A stretch of DNA of 64,000 nt from positions 16,492,001 to 16,556,000 of the forward strand of contig NC_135667.1 of the NCBI RefSeq assembly GCF_964188315.1. The letters are read 5' to 3'. The translations under genes and the position numbers were made by a program. Origin of the DNA: Podarcis muralis (taxonomy: Eukaryota). Under the pieces are notes generated by a model. It saw nothing but the letters and a program-made list of their open reading frames with translations. It had not been told where the DNA came from and did not search any database. Of the stretch, positions 11,508 to 23,789 are shown one piece after another (the first letter of the stretch is position 1; every line of letters starts with the position of its first letter).

Positions 11508-13779
11508 CTATGGGCTGTTATTCTTGGTGTGTGGAGAGCCAGTGGATTGATCCCACCCTCCAATTCCTTCTTCTTTGTCCCAGTGGAAGCCGACAGCGCT
11601 GACCAAAGGCCCTGAGCGGCCGCTGATGTAGCGCAGGATGGTGTTTGGGAACAAAGGCTCAGCGTCGAAGGTGACCCCCAAACCGGAGCCAGCCCCGTAG
11701 TCAAAGACACGGCCGAGGTTGGTGCGGAAGGCAATATACTCCACAAAGCTTCCGAAGCGGCCCAAGACTTGCACAATGCCTTCTCCAGGAAACAGCGGCA
11801 TCACAGATTGGCTCCCTGAGGGGTTTCCTTCAATCCTGGACCACAGGCCGCCGTAGCGAACCTGGATGCTGCAGTGACAAGGGATGGATTGTGGTTAGTG
11901 AAGGCTGCCACCTTCTGAGGGACAGTGTTTAACAGCTGCATCTCAGATAGAAACCAAAGGACAACCACTTTTAATTACCACCCAGGTTTCGCCACCATAT
12001 CAGGCAATTTGTATATCATCAGTTCTCAGTCAGCAGGGAAATCGCACAGGAATTTCTGGGCCCAGTTCCACTAGATGAGAGCCTGGGGCTTGCATAAGTC
12101 TGTGTGTGGCACTTTGCAAATCCTGACAACCAGGTGAATGGGTCACCTGATGTCACTGTGATCTGATGTCAGGTGACTGACAGCTCGGTGGCCCCCCGCA
12201 AGGAGGTGGGGCAGATAACTGTCCTACCCACTGGCTGGATGCAGTACCCCCTGCGCTTCAGGGAGCTATGAGAATCCTGATAATCATCTGATCTTCCAGG
12301 TGAGTTGAAACAGGTCTCCTGACATCACTGTGATATCAAGCGATTGACAAGTCAGCAGCCCCCACCTCCCTGTAAAACTTGGCTGGATCAAATTCCCCAT
12401 TCCTGCTGTTTGTGGCTTGGGTCCTCTGCCCAACCCAAATCTAGTGGCAAGAACTACTCCTCTTCCCATAAAGCCTTTGCCCTATCACCCCCCAACAACC
12501 CAAAGAACTGAGCCTGGGTCAGATATAAACACAGTGGTACCTCTGGATGCGAACGGGATCCATTCCGGAGCCCTGTTCGCATCCAGAAGCAAACACAACC
12601 CGCGTCTGTGTGCACGTGGGTTGCGATTTGCCGCTTCTGTGCATGTGTGTGATGTCATTTTGACTGTGCATGCGCGAGCAGCGAAACCTGGAAGTAACGC
12701 ACTCTGTTACTTCTGGGTCGCCGCAGCGCGCAACCCAAAAATACTTATCCTGAAGCTACTTCAACCCAAGGTATGACTGTATTTGCCAAAAGCTTCTGTC
12801 TATCCTGTGGGTTTATCCAGCATTTTTCTTCTTCTTCTGTATTTACAGATGAGGAGTTACTTGGGAGGACTGAGCCCAAGCCCATGCTATCTACTCAGAA
12901 ACTTGCGCCACTGTTTTCAGTGACATTGTGGCCCCCCAGTCACTGAAGATCCCCTCTGCTAACCTTGCTGAATCTGCCACACACCGGTAGCACCCCAAAA
13001 GACATACAAACCTCAGTATATACTTGTTGTTTGCCTGTATCCGCAGAGCTGTTATGGGGCCATCCAGCTGATTCCTGGACTGGTCAAAATGTTCCCCACT
13101 GCTGCCGCCATATTCTCCCGAGTAAGACGAGGAACCTGCCTGGGCTGGATCCACAAAGGGGGATGAGCAACAGGTTAACAAATTAAAAGGCAGGTTGATT
13201 TAATCCATTATTGACCCTTTTCTCTAAACTCAAAAGTCCCAGAAGCTACAACCTTTCACTTCATCCCCTGGATCATTTTGCTTGCCGTTTTCTGAATCTT
13301 TTCCAACCTAGCAGCAGAGGCTGTTGCTTATTTTAAGCTGTGTGCATGCTATCCCTTGGAAGCCCATTCTTTCCCTCAAAGAATTCTGGGTCCTGTAGTT
13401 TGTTAAGAAGAAGAAGAAGAGTTTGGATTTGATATCCCGCCTTTCACTCCCTTTAAGGAGTCTCAAAGCGGCTAACAATCTCCTTTCCCTTCCTCCCCCA
13501 CAACAAACACTCTGTGAGGTGAGTGGGGCTGAGAGACTTCAAAGAAGTGTGACTAGCCCAAGGTCACCCAGCAGCTGCATGTGGAGGAGTGGAGACGCAA
13601 ACCCGGTTCCCCAGATTACGAGTCTACCACTCTTAACCACTACACCACACTGGCTCTCAGGGTTGCTTGGAATTGCATTGCTGTGAGGGATAAACTACAG
13701 GGCCCAGAATTCTTTGAGGGAAAGAATTGGCTTCAAATGAGATTTTAAGCCTTAGTCCAGTCTTGCGGCCAACACACAC

Positions 13780-13810
<31 letters not shown>

Positions 13811-13946
13811 CTCTGCTCCTCCTTGCAAATTATCACAACATTTCCAGATGCAAAATGCAGTAACAGCTAGCCCCCTTTGTGACCTTACCTGGACTACCAG
13901 ACACAACATCACGGAGAAGGAGGCTCAGGAGAATGAATACTGGCAT
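11508..13946 (-). CDS. ZG16-like secreted jacalin (beta-prism) lectin, 183 aa
   Basis: Exons at 13946-13889 (signal peptide MPVFILLSLLLRDVVSGSP), 13144-13012 (SSYSGEYGGSSG...NQLDGPITALRI) and 11868-11508 (IQVRYG..W...LFPGEGIVQV...LFPNTILRYISGRSGPLVSAVGFHWD), phases 1 and 2. Minus-strand AATAAA at 11458-11463. Strongly resembles ZG16; orthology versus paralogy is not resolvable here. Confidence 0.93.
12532..12779. mobile_element. Tc1/pogo-like MITE, family B, in ZG16-like intron 2
   Basis: CAGTGGTACCTC...GGTATGACTG-TA; related to 22797-23041. Confidence 0.75.
13406..13657 (-). mobile_element. tRNA-derived SINE with L2-type tail (Squam3-like) in the ZG16-like intron
   Basis: Minus strand begins GAGAGCCAGTGTGGTGTAGTGGTTAAGAG (A-box) and ends in a (CTT)n tail. 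Confidence 0.75.
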
Positions 13947-15962
13947 CTTGGAAGCTGAAAAGGGGAAGGTCTGGAGGGTTAAAAGAGACAAGATTACAGC
14001 TCACATGGGCTTATCATTTTCTTAACCAGATAGCAAAATGACTCGACTGTCACCTCTTCTCATGGCAATAGTAGCCTGTGAGAATCTGTGGCAGGGAATA
14101 TAGAATTTATGCAAGTCAAATCCAGATTTTTTATTTTAGGGGAGGGGGTGAGGCGGAAGCCATTGAAAGAGGGAATCATTCACTCCAAGAATAGTATTGA
14201 AAATAGCAAATACAATCCTCCAGGGTGGGTTTTTGTTTTTTTTAAATGCTCTCAAGCCACACTATTCTTTTAGAATCCAATTCTCTGTTTTCGGATGACT
14301 AAGCTCTGAATACAGCCTTGGGTGTATCAAACTTCTATTTTGATCAGTCAGAAAATGTCAGAAAAGTTTTCAAATGTCAGAAAAGTTTTCAAAGAAAAAA
14401 AATCACCTGAAGCTAAAGAATAAAACGCCATGTTAACGACAATGTATTAAAACACACTTTTTTTTAAAAAAAACACCCTAGGTTCTTTAGGCTGCAATCC
14501 TTACCTGGGAGCAAGTCCCACTGATGTTAATGGGGCTTACTTTTGAGTAGAGCTGTATTGGCTTTCGCTGTTACTGTTGTTTTTTAAACACCCTTGCTTC
14601 CTCCCCCTTGCTTCCATAGCCATTAAAAAAAGAGATATTTATTTATCCCATATTTTTTCCCCTTGAAAAATATTGAGAGATGCTGCATTATGTATAGCTT
14701 CAGCCTTACAATATGTCGCTTTGGTGAGCCTACTTACAGCAATACTTGTTTCTCCAGCAAAACTCCCGCAAATTACCTTGTTCAGGTAAGCGTAAGTGGG
14801 GTGGACCCCTCCTTGTGCCTTTGCTACATTAATGCCAAGAAGGCCTTACAAGTTCTTGAAACCTGCCACTCCTGCAGAAAATACAACCTTCTCTTTGAGA
14901 AAAGTGGTTCCTATTGGTTTGGCACCAGGTTATCTTACTCGGGGAGTTTCGTTTTACCTGCTTGTAGGCACCTGGGCTACCAAACAGTTCCTCTATTGTG
15001 ATCTAATATTTCCTCCTACCTGTTTGTTGTTCAGAGAGCTAAGCTGGATTCCAGAAATCAGAACAGAAATGTAATCAAAGGCTTCAACATTCTTTTTAGA
15101 AACTCCTGCAACAAATAAAGATATGGACATCTCCTTGCTGCCTAGGGTTAAAAACAAAATCTATTGCCGTGACATATTAGAAAATAGTCTTAAGATTTCC
15201 ATGCATGCAACTTAAAGAGCAATACTGTAAAGGCAACATAAATAATGGCACTCATCTCTGAACTTTGGAAACAGAAGGAATAATTTGCAATGAAATTTGC
15301 CAAATCTAAGGTTACCAATTTATCAAGAAAAACAAAGTGGTCTGGCCTGTTCATGTGCTTTTAACAGCAGTTTGGGGCAGCACAAAGCCAGCCGCTGGAA
15401 GTTTTTCAGGGCCTGCAGAAATGCACTTAAGCCCTTCTTAACTATTGAACAGGTCCTTTTCCAGAGAGCCAGAGGGCGAGGATTTGAAAACTGGCACCAA
15501 CATCTGGCATCTCTCCTCCAAATCTATAAAGACAAAACAAGCACAGTCTTCATCCGTGAAATGTCTCTGGGTCTGGTTCAGAGGTGTAGGAAGGTCAGGT
15601 GGTACCTGGTGCGGAAAATTTCTTGTCCCCCCCCCCCCCCCCGCCCCACATTGATTTATTATTATTATTTTTTTGCCTGCAAAAATGGTGTTACGTTATT
15701 TCATATTTTCTTACAAAGGAATGGATTCTGGGCCTCTGGTAACAAGTAGGCGACTATGGAGACATACTTAAATCTACAGGATGCATTGTGTTCGTGCCTT
15801 TCTACTACTTTAGCAACTCCTCCGCAAATACGGCAATATTTGGTCCTTTAAAAAATTTAATTATTATTATTCAGTTTTTAACAATATATAACAACGCATA
15901 ACACTTATACATTCTTATCTAGATAATACAGAAACAATTAAGAAACATTTCTGATTGAGATA

Positions 15963-16200
15963 CAGTGGTACCTCGGGTTACACTTCAGGTTACATACGCT
16001 TCAGGTTACAGACTCCGCTAACCCAGAAATAGTGCTTCAGGTTAAGAACTTTGCTTCAGGTTGAGAACAGAAATTGTGTTCCAGTGGCGCAGCGGCAGCA
16101 GGAGGCCCCATTAGCTAAAGTGGTGCTTCAGGTTGAGAACAGTTTCAGGTTAAGAACAGACATCCGGAACAAATTAAGTACTTAACCCGAGGTACCACTG
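15963..16200 (+). mobile_element. Tigger/pogo-like MITE, family A
   Basis: TIR CAGTGGTACCTCGGGTTA with TA TSD. Confidence 0.9.
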
Positions 16201-16599
16201 TATTATAATACCATAGAAATTTAAGTATCAACAAGAAAAGAAAACCTAAAAGGGGGGCGGGGAGAAAATAGTGGGGGAATGGGGAAGGGGATGTGTTTTT
16301 TGAAAGCTGTACAACATTTCAATTAACAATATTTGAGTGGCAGTTTTCCAGTTATAAAAACTTAGCGACTCCAATGAGTGTGGATCAGGGATGATTATTA
16401 ATAGATTAAAGGTCTCCCCGATCTGCCCATCAGGGAGAGGTCATGCTGCACTCAGGTTTGCAGTGTGAGAAGCTGAAGCAAAACCTTAGCCTCTCTTCAG
16501 GTAGGTGGAATTTGCAGTCTAGTAACCATCCCTCCCTAGAAGACAGCATTAAACCCAACGCAGAGCTCAGTGACACTTTTCTGCAGAGGCACAGAAATG

Positions 16600-16614
16600 C
16601 CACAAGGTGGCAGC
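16600..16614 (+). promoter_or_regulatory. CTCF-like site
   Basis: CCACAAGGTGGCAGC matches the CTCF core. Confidence 0.45.
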
Positions 16615-17339
16615 AGACACTGCAGAGCAGTGCACCCATATAACCTGGGTGGCAGAGCCTGTGTCTATATTAGTTATATTAGCTACTTCATAGACATAAT
16701 ATGTGTATAGCAGCCTTTTAAGGACTTGAAACTACCTTATGGTGACTTCACCACCACCACAACCCCCAAGCTTATTTACATCACCTGGGTTGATTTACAG
16801 ATAAACCATCTTCTGCTGTAGAAATGATCACAATTCCCTCCAGACTGGAATGTTAACAGGTAATATTTGGCAGTATTTTTATCCTGTCATTCCTTTAAGA
16901 AACTCAAGGCCCTTTTATCCTCACAAGGAGCCTGCGAGGTGGGACAGCCTGTGGAAACACACCATAAAGTTAAAGCACAAAGAATCCTGGGAACTGTAGT
17001 TTACGAAAGGCGCTGGGAACTGTTCCTAACTACATTTCCCAGAATTCTTTGGGAAGAGGTGGAGGAAATGTGCCTTAAATTAGCTTTAAATATATGAGTC
17101 CGCTAGGCCCCACCAACAGAGGAGGTGGAGCAGCAGAGGATGCTTTGCCCAGAGACTCCTCAAATCTAGAACTGGTCAGGGAACAAGAATCTGAACTCGG
17201 GTCCGACATGTGGTGTAATCTGGGCTGCACCACACGGGTTGTCAACATGAGCTGTTTTGCCCCAGGAGAATCATTCCCAGGGGTTGTGAAGGAAATAATT
17301 TCACCGGTTGAATTTCTGCCTCTTATGCACCAATACTGG

Positions 17340-17632
17340 TGTTATGTACTGAAGTTCTCACCCTGGGCCAGCAGGGGGATACTGTAGATAGTTATGCAAA
17401 TGAAGGATCGAAAGTGACGTTCAGTGATTGGATAGTTTGTATGCAAATGAAGGATCGAAAGTAACGTTCAGTGATTGGCTAGTTTTAGAAAATGGCAACA
17501 GTTACATTGTTCTGGAGCTCTATATAAGCAGGCTGACTGAGCTCCTCAGATCAGTTCTGTTCCAGCTTACAAATAAAGAGCTGCTTTGGAAGAATCGCTG
17601 TGTCGTCTGATATGTTCGCCCACAACCTAACA
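17340..17632 (+). mobile_element. Solo LTR (family 1)
   Basis: TG...CA termini, 5-bp TSD ACTGG, TATATAA box and AATAAA. Confidence 0.9.
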
Positions 17633-18824
17633 ACTGGCATCTTGCCAGAAGGAAATGTGACTTGGTCTGTAGCAGTTGTCTGTAAGGGGAAAAAAATGCC
17701 AACCTCGTGAACACTATTTATGTGCATTTCCTCATTTTAAACCACACAGAGAAGCATGTTTTGTGACGTCGCTGGAGGACAGGGAGAGGGGAATCACAGA
17801 GTGTTTTGGCTTTGAACGGAGGTCCCCTGTGAAATCATAGAGTCTGCACCATAGAGAGGGAGTTATGAAACAAAATCTGGTCAGTAGGTCGGATCCTGAC
17901 CTCTCCCATCCCCTGCAGGTGGTTTTGACCAGTGTGTGGTATAGAGATTCCCAAACCTAGCTTCATCCAGGCGGTCTGTGGCATGTTTGCAAAAATGCAA
18001 TTAAAAATAATCCAGCACGTTACAATTGCTACAGTAAGCAGAAAAAAAATAAGTGGTCTGCCATGACCCTCAGCAATTTTTAAATCTGTGTGGGACAAAA
18101 GTTTGGGAACCAGTGAAAGAAAAGGAGCATGACTGTAGCAGTTAAGGCTGCCAACTGACCTATGGCTTTGACTTTAGATTTGCTTTTCAACACAGGAAAG
18201 AGCAGATCAAGCTTTTTTGTGGTGCAGAACAGTCACCTGCTAACCTGCAGGTGAATATGATTCGGCACAGGAGTAGGGTGCAGTAAAAAAGTTGGCAACC
18301 TGGTGCTAATGCTCTTATGGGAAAAAGCCATCAAGGAGTAGCAAGTCTGTGTATTTTTTAAATAGGAGACCATCTCTTCTGTGTCTTCTCCCTTTGCTTC
18401 TTTACCTGTGAAGCAGAACTGCGCTTTTAAAAGTGTGGGGGGGTTTTGTGTGAAAGTGGAGTTGCTGAAAAGTATCGTTGCCACCACTTTTTCTTCAGGG
18501 ACTCCCATGCCTCCAGCCTTTGTGCCGCAGGCAAAACACAAAACAAAATGTGCATATTTTCTTCCTGGCATGGAGACACAGAGCTAAGAAACTCTTAACT
18601 AGCTGAATATTTCCCTTTTTCAGGTAATTCCCCGAGGGTGCAAGTGCCCTGCCAGGAAATAAAAGGGGCAATCTTTGTAGCTTTCTGAACTTCCAAGAAA
18701 TGAAATCAGAGCAACGAAACACTTGTTATTAGTTTTTTCCTTTAGGCGCTGCTTGTCGTATTATCAAGCAGGTTCTCACAACAGTGCTGTAAAGTAGGTC
18801 TTTGTTGCTAAGTAAAGGTAAAAA

Positions 18825-19215
18825 GGGATGCGGGTGGCGCTGTGATCTAAAACCACCGAGCCTCTTGGGCTTGCCGATCGGAAGGTCGGCGGTTCAAATT
18901 CCTGTGACGGAGTGAGCTCCCGTCGTTCTGTCCCAGCTTCTGCCAACCTAGCAGTTCAAAAGCACGCCAGTGCAAGTAGATAAATAGGTACCACTGCGGC
19001 GGGAAGGTAAACAGTGTTTCCATGCGCTCTGGCTTCCGTCATGGTGTTCTGTTGTGTCAGAAGCGGTTTAGTCATGCTGGCCACATGACCCAGAAAGCTG
19101 TCTGTGGACCAACGCCAGCTCCCTCGGCCTGAAAAGTGAGATGAGCGCCGCAACCCCAGAGTTGCCTTTGACTGGACTTAACCATCCAGTGGTCCTTTAC
19201 CTTTTTACCTTTACC
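18825..19215 (+). mobile_element. Sauria SINE
   Basis: Full length from GGGATGCGGGTGGCGCTG to the ACCTTT tail; flanking TTGTTGCTA repeat. Confidence 0.9.
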
Positions 19216-20288
19216 TTGTTGCTACTGGCAGGGGCACGGTGAAGTTGAGAGACACACACAGGCCAAACCAAGCTTAGCACTATCTGTAAGGGAGGGAAGC
19301 TTCACCTGTTGAATTTCTGCCTGCAGCGCAACAGTTAAGGCCACAGGAGCATTTCAGGATTAAAAGCCCACCTCCCCACCCGGCTTCCGCTCCGGAACTG
19401 GACTGCCTGACTCACCCGCCTCTTCAAAGGAGCCTCGCTTCCTTTTCTTTCTTTTTGGCTCCAGTTCCTCTGGAATGTCTGAAATTAATTATTTTGACTA
19501 GCAAGTGGCACCGCCGGGGACTGGCTTGAGTGAGAGGGGACCACCAGCACTCCTGAGACAGCCTGGGAGGGGAAAGTGGACCAGCCCCCCTACCCAAAAA
19601 GGGGCGATAGGCTAGGCAAGGAGGGTCCCACACCAGAACACGTGGACTCCCAGCCCGATCTCCCGGGTTCCCTCTGTGTGTATGAGAGGGAGGGAGGGAG
19701 AGTCATTTGTTCTCTCCAACTCCCTGCCGACTCTCCTCCTTTCAATCTGTGATTCATTCTGTTGTTCCGGCTGGCTAGCTCCGATCTCCCAGCGCGCACA
19801 CACACAGCCCCACACATTCCTTCCCCATGAGTTTATCCCGTCTGAGCTTTCTCCTCCTCTTCTGCAATTTCCATCTCTTTAATCTTCTCGCGGTTGCCTC
19901 TCCCGATTTTTAAATGCAATTTAAAAGTATGGTCCTTTTTAAAAAACCTAGCAAAAAAGAAAGAAGAAGAAGAAGAAGAGGATTTCCCATATTTGATGCA
20001 CGTGTTTCTTCTCCTTCCTTGGAGGTTTTGAAAGCAGAGGCTGGCTGGCCATCTGACACGGATGCTTTAGTTGAGATTCCTGCATCTCAGGGGGTTGGAC
20101 TAGATGACCCCGGGGTGTCCCTTCCAACTCTACAGTTCTATGGTTCTTTGAGGATAGCAACCCTTACACAACAGTCCGTGAGTGTGTGTTTATTCGGAAG
20201 TGAGGCCCATTGTAATGATCAGTAGGGTCTTACTTTCCGTTGTCACCTTATTAAGTCTGTATTATGCTTTGGTCTATATGTGCAGCAA

Positions 20289-20643
20289 GGGACGCAGATA
20301 GCGCTGTGGGTTAAACCACAGAGCCTAGGACTTGCCGATCAGAAGGTTGGGGGTTCGAATCCCTGCGTCGGGGTGAGCTCCCATTGTTCGGTCCCTGCTC
20401 CTGCCAACCTAGCAGTTCGAAAGCACCTAAAAGTGCAAGTAGATAAATAGGTACCGTTCCGGTGGGAAGATAAATGGCGTTTCCGTGCGCAGCTCTGGTT
20501 CGCCAGAAGCGGCTTAGTCATGCTGGCCACATGACCCGGAAGCTGTACGCCGGCTCCCTCGGCCAGTAAAGGGAGATGAGCGCCGCAACCCCAGAGTCGG
20601 CCACGACTGGACCTAATGGTCAGGGGTCCCTTTACCTTTACCT
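20289..20643 (+). mobile_element. Sauria SINE
   Basis: Full length; imperfect TSD TATATGTGCAGCAA / TATATATGCAGCAA. Confidence 0.92.
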
Positions 20644-20907
20644 TATATATGCAGCAAAATGAGGGGATCAGAGTTCTGAGGCAGCAGAAGGGATAGTCCC
20701 TTATATATATTGTTGCAGGAATTTATATTTAGGTTGGGGGGGGGGTTGCCCCTCCAGCAGATATCATGCACAGGCAGCCCACTACCAAAACCAGCAGAAT
20801 CGCTTTTGTGACTTTTGTGATTTGTCCCCACAAAACACCTCATCACAGTTTCTTCCTATCTATTCAAAGGGCCTTTGCTGCATGATACCAATGTAACATG
20901 GAGATTA

Positions 20908-21264
20908 GGGATGCGGGTGGCGCTGTGGGTTAAACCACAGAGCCTAGGACTTTCCGATCAGAAGGTCGGCGGTTCGAATCCCCGCGACGAGGTGAGCTCC
21001 CGTTGCTTAGTCCCTGCTCCTGCCAACCTAGCAGTTCAAAAGCACCTCAAAGTGCAAGTAGATAAATAGGTACCGCTCCAGCAGGAAGGTAAACGGCATT
21101 TCCGTGTGCTGCTCTGGTTCGCCAGAAGCGGCTTAGTCATGCTGGCCACATGACCCGGAAGCTGTACGCCGGCTCCCTCGGCCAATAAAGCGAGATGAGC
21201 GCCGCTACCCCAGAGTCAGCCACAACTGGACCTAATGGTCAGGGATCCCTTTCCCTTTCCCTTT
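20908..21264 (+). mobile_element. Sauria SINE
   Basis: Full length; imperfect TSD CATGGAGATTAG / CATGGGGATTAG. Confidence 0.92.
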
Positions 21265-21467
21265 AGCATGGGGATTAGCAGCTAATAAAAGTTTGGGGGC
21301 TCTTTTGTTTGGGGCTTCCATCTTGTTCCACCTTGTGGCAGGTGGGAGTCCTGTCGTGACAGTCTTCAATAAAGACCAAGCCTACTGGCTGCTGTTTTGC
21401 TCTGGTATTCCTGGCTGGTGTCCTTGCTTTTTTGTCCAAGGGAGCCCTCAGATTTCTCCGTTAACTA

Positions 21468-21588
21468 TAAAGGTCAAGGGACCCCTTGACCATTAGGTCC
21501 AGTCGTGGCCAACTCTGGGGTTGCGGCGCTCATCTCGCTTTATTGGCCGAGGGAGCCGGCATACAGCTTCCGGGTCATGTGGCCAGCA
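21468..21588 (-). mobile_element. Sauria SINE, 3' fragment
   Basis: Reverse complement of the SINE 3' ~120 bp. Confidence 0.85.
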
Positions 21589-22796
21589 GGACTCATCCTC
21601 TGGTACGAATAACAGGATGGTTTCTTGGTCTTTAAGTGATGGGCTGCACCAACTGCACCACTTTGGGGGGGGGGAGGATTTTTTTGTACAAAAATATCCT
21701 CAAAGGAATGGGAGTGAAGCAAACAGTTAAAATGGAAATAAATACTTTTTTAAAAAGTGGAGTACCATTTTGCAGGTTGGGGTAAGAGGTGCAAAGGCGG
21801 AAGACGGCTGGCTTAAGGTGATGAGTAAGTTCACAGTTGTGATGATTCAACCTGTTCCAGACAGTCTGTTTATTGAGTGTTTATCCTGAGCTGTTTGCAT
21901 AGAGACTAGATAGCACAGGCCCGTTTGTTGAGAATTCCTTCTGATTTATTGGGAGAGAGGCTGGGAGCAAATCCCCCCCCCCCACAATTTCCAGTCCATT
22001 TCCCCAACTATTTCTTTACCACTAAAAGTCAAATTTGGTGGGGAGGGAAGCAGGTTTGTTATGCGAGGCCTCCAAATCAACCTGGTTTTTATTTATTTAT
22101 TTAACTTTTATCGATGTGGCAAAACACAGATACAAAACTTTCCCACCATAGGCACATGTATAAATAAGCATAAACCACTCCTAAAAAAACCAACTTCTTT
22201 GCCCTGCCACATGCACTCTTAATGACAGCATTTGATTTAACCCTGTGTCTATTATGCCCAGTTATTTTTCAATGCAATTTACCGCAGGCACCTGTTTCAA
22301 CATTTCTTCTCTGATAATTTTATAGAGGTGCATCGCAATGGTTAATTTTATGATCTCCGGTTGCTCCCAGGTTTTCCTGATTAATCCTATTCGTTGTAGT
22401 GCTCTATTTTTGTTTCAGCATAGTATATGCTTCCTTGCAATGGTTGCTGCATGTTAGACTTGTGTTTGGTATTTCACAACCCTCTCCTGTCCTGAATTTT
22501 TGGTATGTGATTGAATCTCATCCAGAAATAGCGACAGTCTGGAAGCGCCTTTAGTAATCAGCCAGTCATGGGAATTATCCCCCTATCTGTAAACACAGTG
22601 GGGTTAGATGTTGGATAGTATCTTCTTGAATACTGGGAGCAATCTGTCCCTATTTGGATAGGGATGTCACTTGTGGGGTGATTGGCCCCCACATTTTTGC
22701 CTTGGCCAAAATAATGCATGAAAAGGGTTTACTTCCCAGGCACAGGGCAGCAGAACACTCGACACTTCAAGCCAGAAATTTTGGGAGTTGGATGTA

Positions 22797-23250
22797 CAGT
22801 GGACGCTCGGGTTGCGAACGTGATCTGTGTGGGAAGCGCATTCACATCCCACAGCGCCACGTCTGCGTACGCAATGGTTGTGATTCGGCGCTTCTGCGCA
22901 TATGCAAAGCGTGATTTAGCGCTTCTGCACATTCGTGACCGCTGAAACCTGGAAGCAACCCGTTCTGGAACTTCCGGGTTTTGGCGCATCCATAACCCAA
23001 AAAAATGCAACCTGAAGCATCTGTAATCCGAGGTATGACTGTACCTCAGGTTACATATGCTTCAGGTTACAGACTCCGCTAACCCAGAAATAGTACCTCG
23101 GGTTAAGAATCTTGCTTCAGGATGAGAACAGAAATCACCCAGCGGCAGCTGGAGGCCCCATTAGCTAAAGTGGTGCTTCAGGTTAAGAACAGTTTCAGGT
23201 TAAGAACAGACCTCCAGAACGAATTAAGTACTTAACCCGAGGTACCACTG
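22797..23250 (+). mobile_element. Composite MITE: family B (22797-23041) fused to family A lacking its first 6 nt
   Basis: ...GGTATGACTG TA CCTCAGGTTAC... through GGTACCACTG-TA. Confidence 0.78.
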
Positions 23251-23466
23251 TATGTTGGAGAATGCTGATCCATCTCTCTTAGGCCGTATTCACACCATAC
23301 ATTTATAACACTGAGATACCACTTTTAACACTCATTAAACCATTCTGGCAACTGTAGTTTGTTAGGGGTGCTGAGAGATTTGAGGAGACCAGTATTCCCC
23401 TCACAGAGCTACAATTCCTAAAGTTCCTCATGAACACAAGAGTGATTGTTCAACTCTGTATCCTTC

Positions 23467-23789
23467 AGGTGGAGTTGTGGTCTAAACCACTGAGCCTCTT
23501 GGACTTGCCGATTGGAAGGTCAGCAGTTCAAATCCCCATGACAAGGTGAGCTCCCGTCGCTCTGTCCCAGCTCCTGCCAACCTAGCAGTTCAAAAGCACA
23601 CCAGTGCAAGTAGATAAATAGGTACTGCTATGGCAGGAAGGTAAATGGTGTTTCTGTGCACTCACGGTGTCCCAGCCACATGACCCGGAAAGCTGCCTGT
23701 GGACAAACGCCGGCTCCCTTGGCCTGAAAGCAACCCCATGGTCACCTTTGACTGGACATAACCATCCAGGGGTCCTTTACTTTTACCTA
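23467..23789 (+). mobile_element. Sauria SINE, diverged
   Basis: Same subfamily as the copy at 18825 (CCTCTTGGxCTTGCC, AACCATCCAG). Confidence 0.85.

Noticed and set aside
15297-15749. 150-aa plus-strand ORF
   Set aside because: It starts at a TTG, runs into poly-C and AT microsatellite sequence, and shows no recognisable homology.
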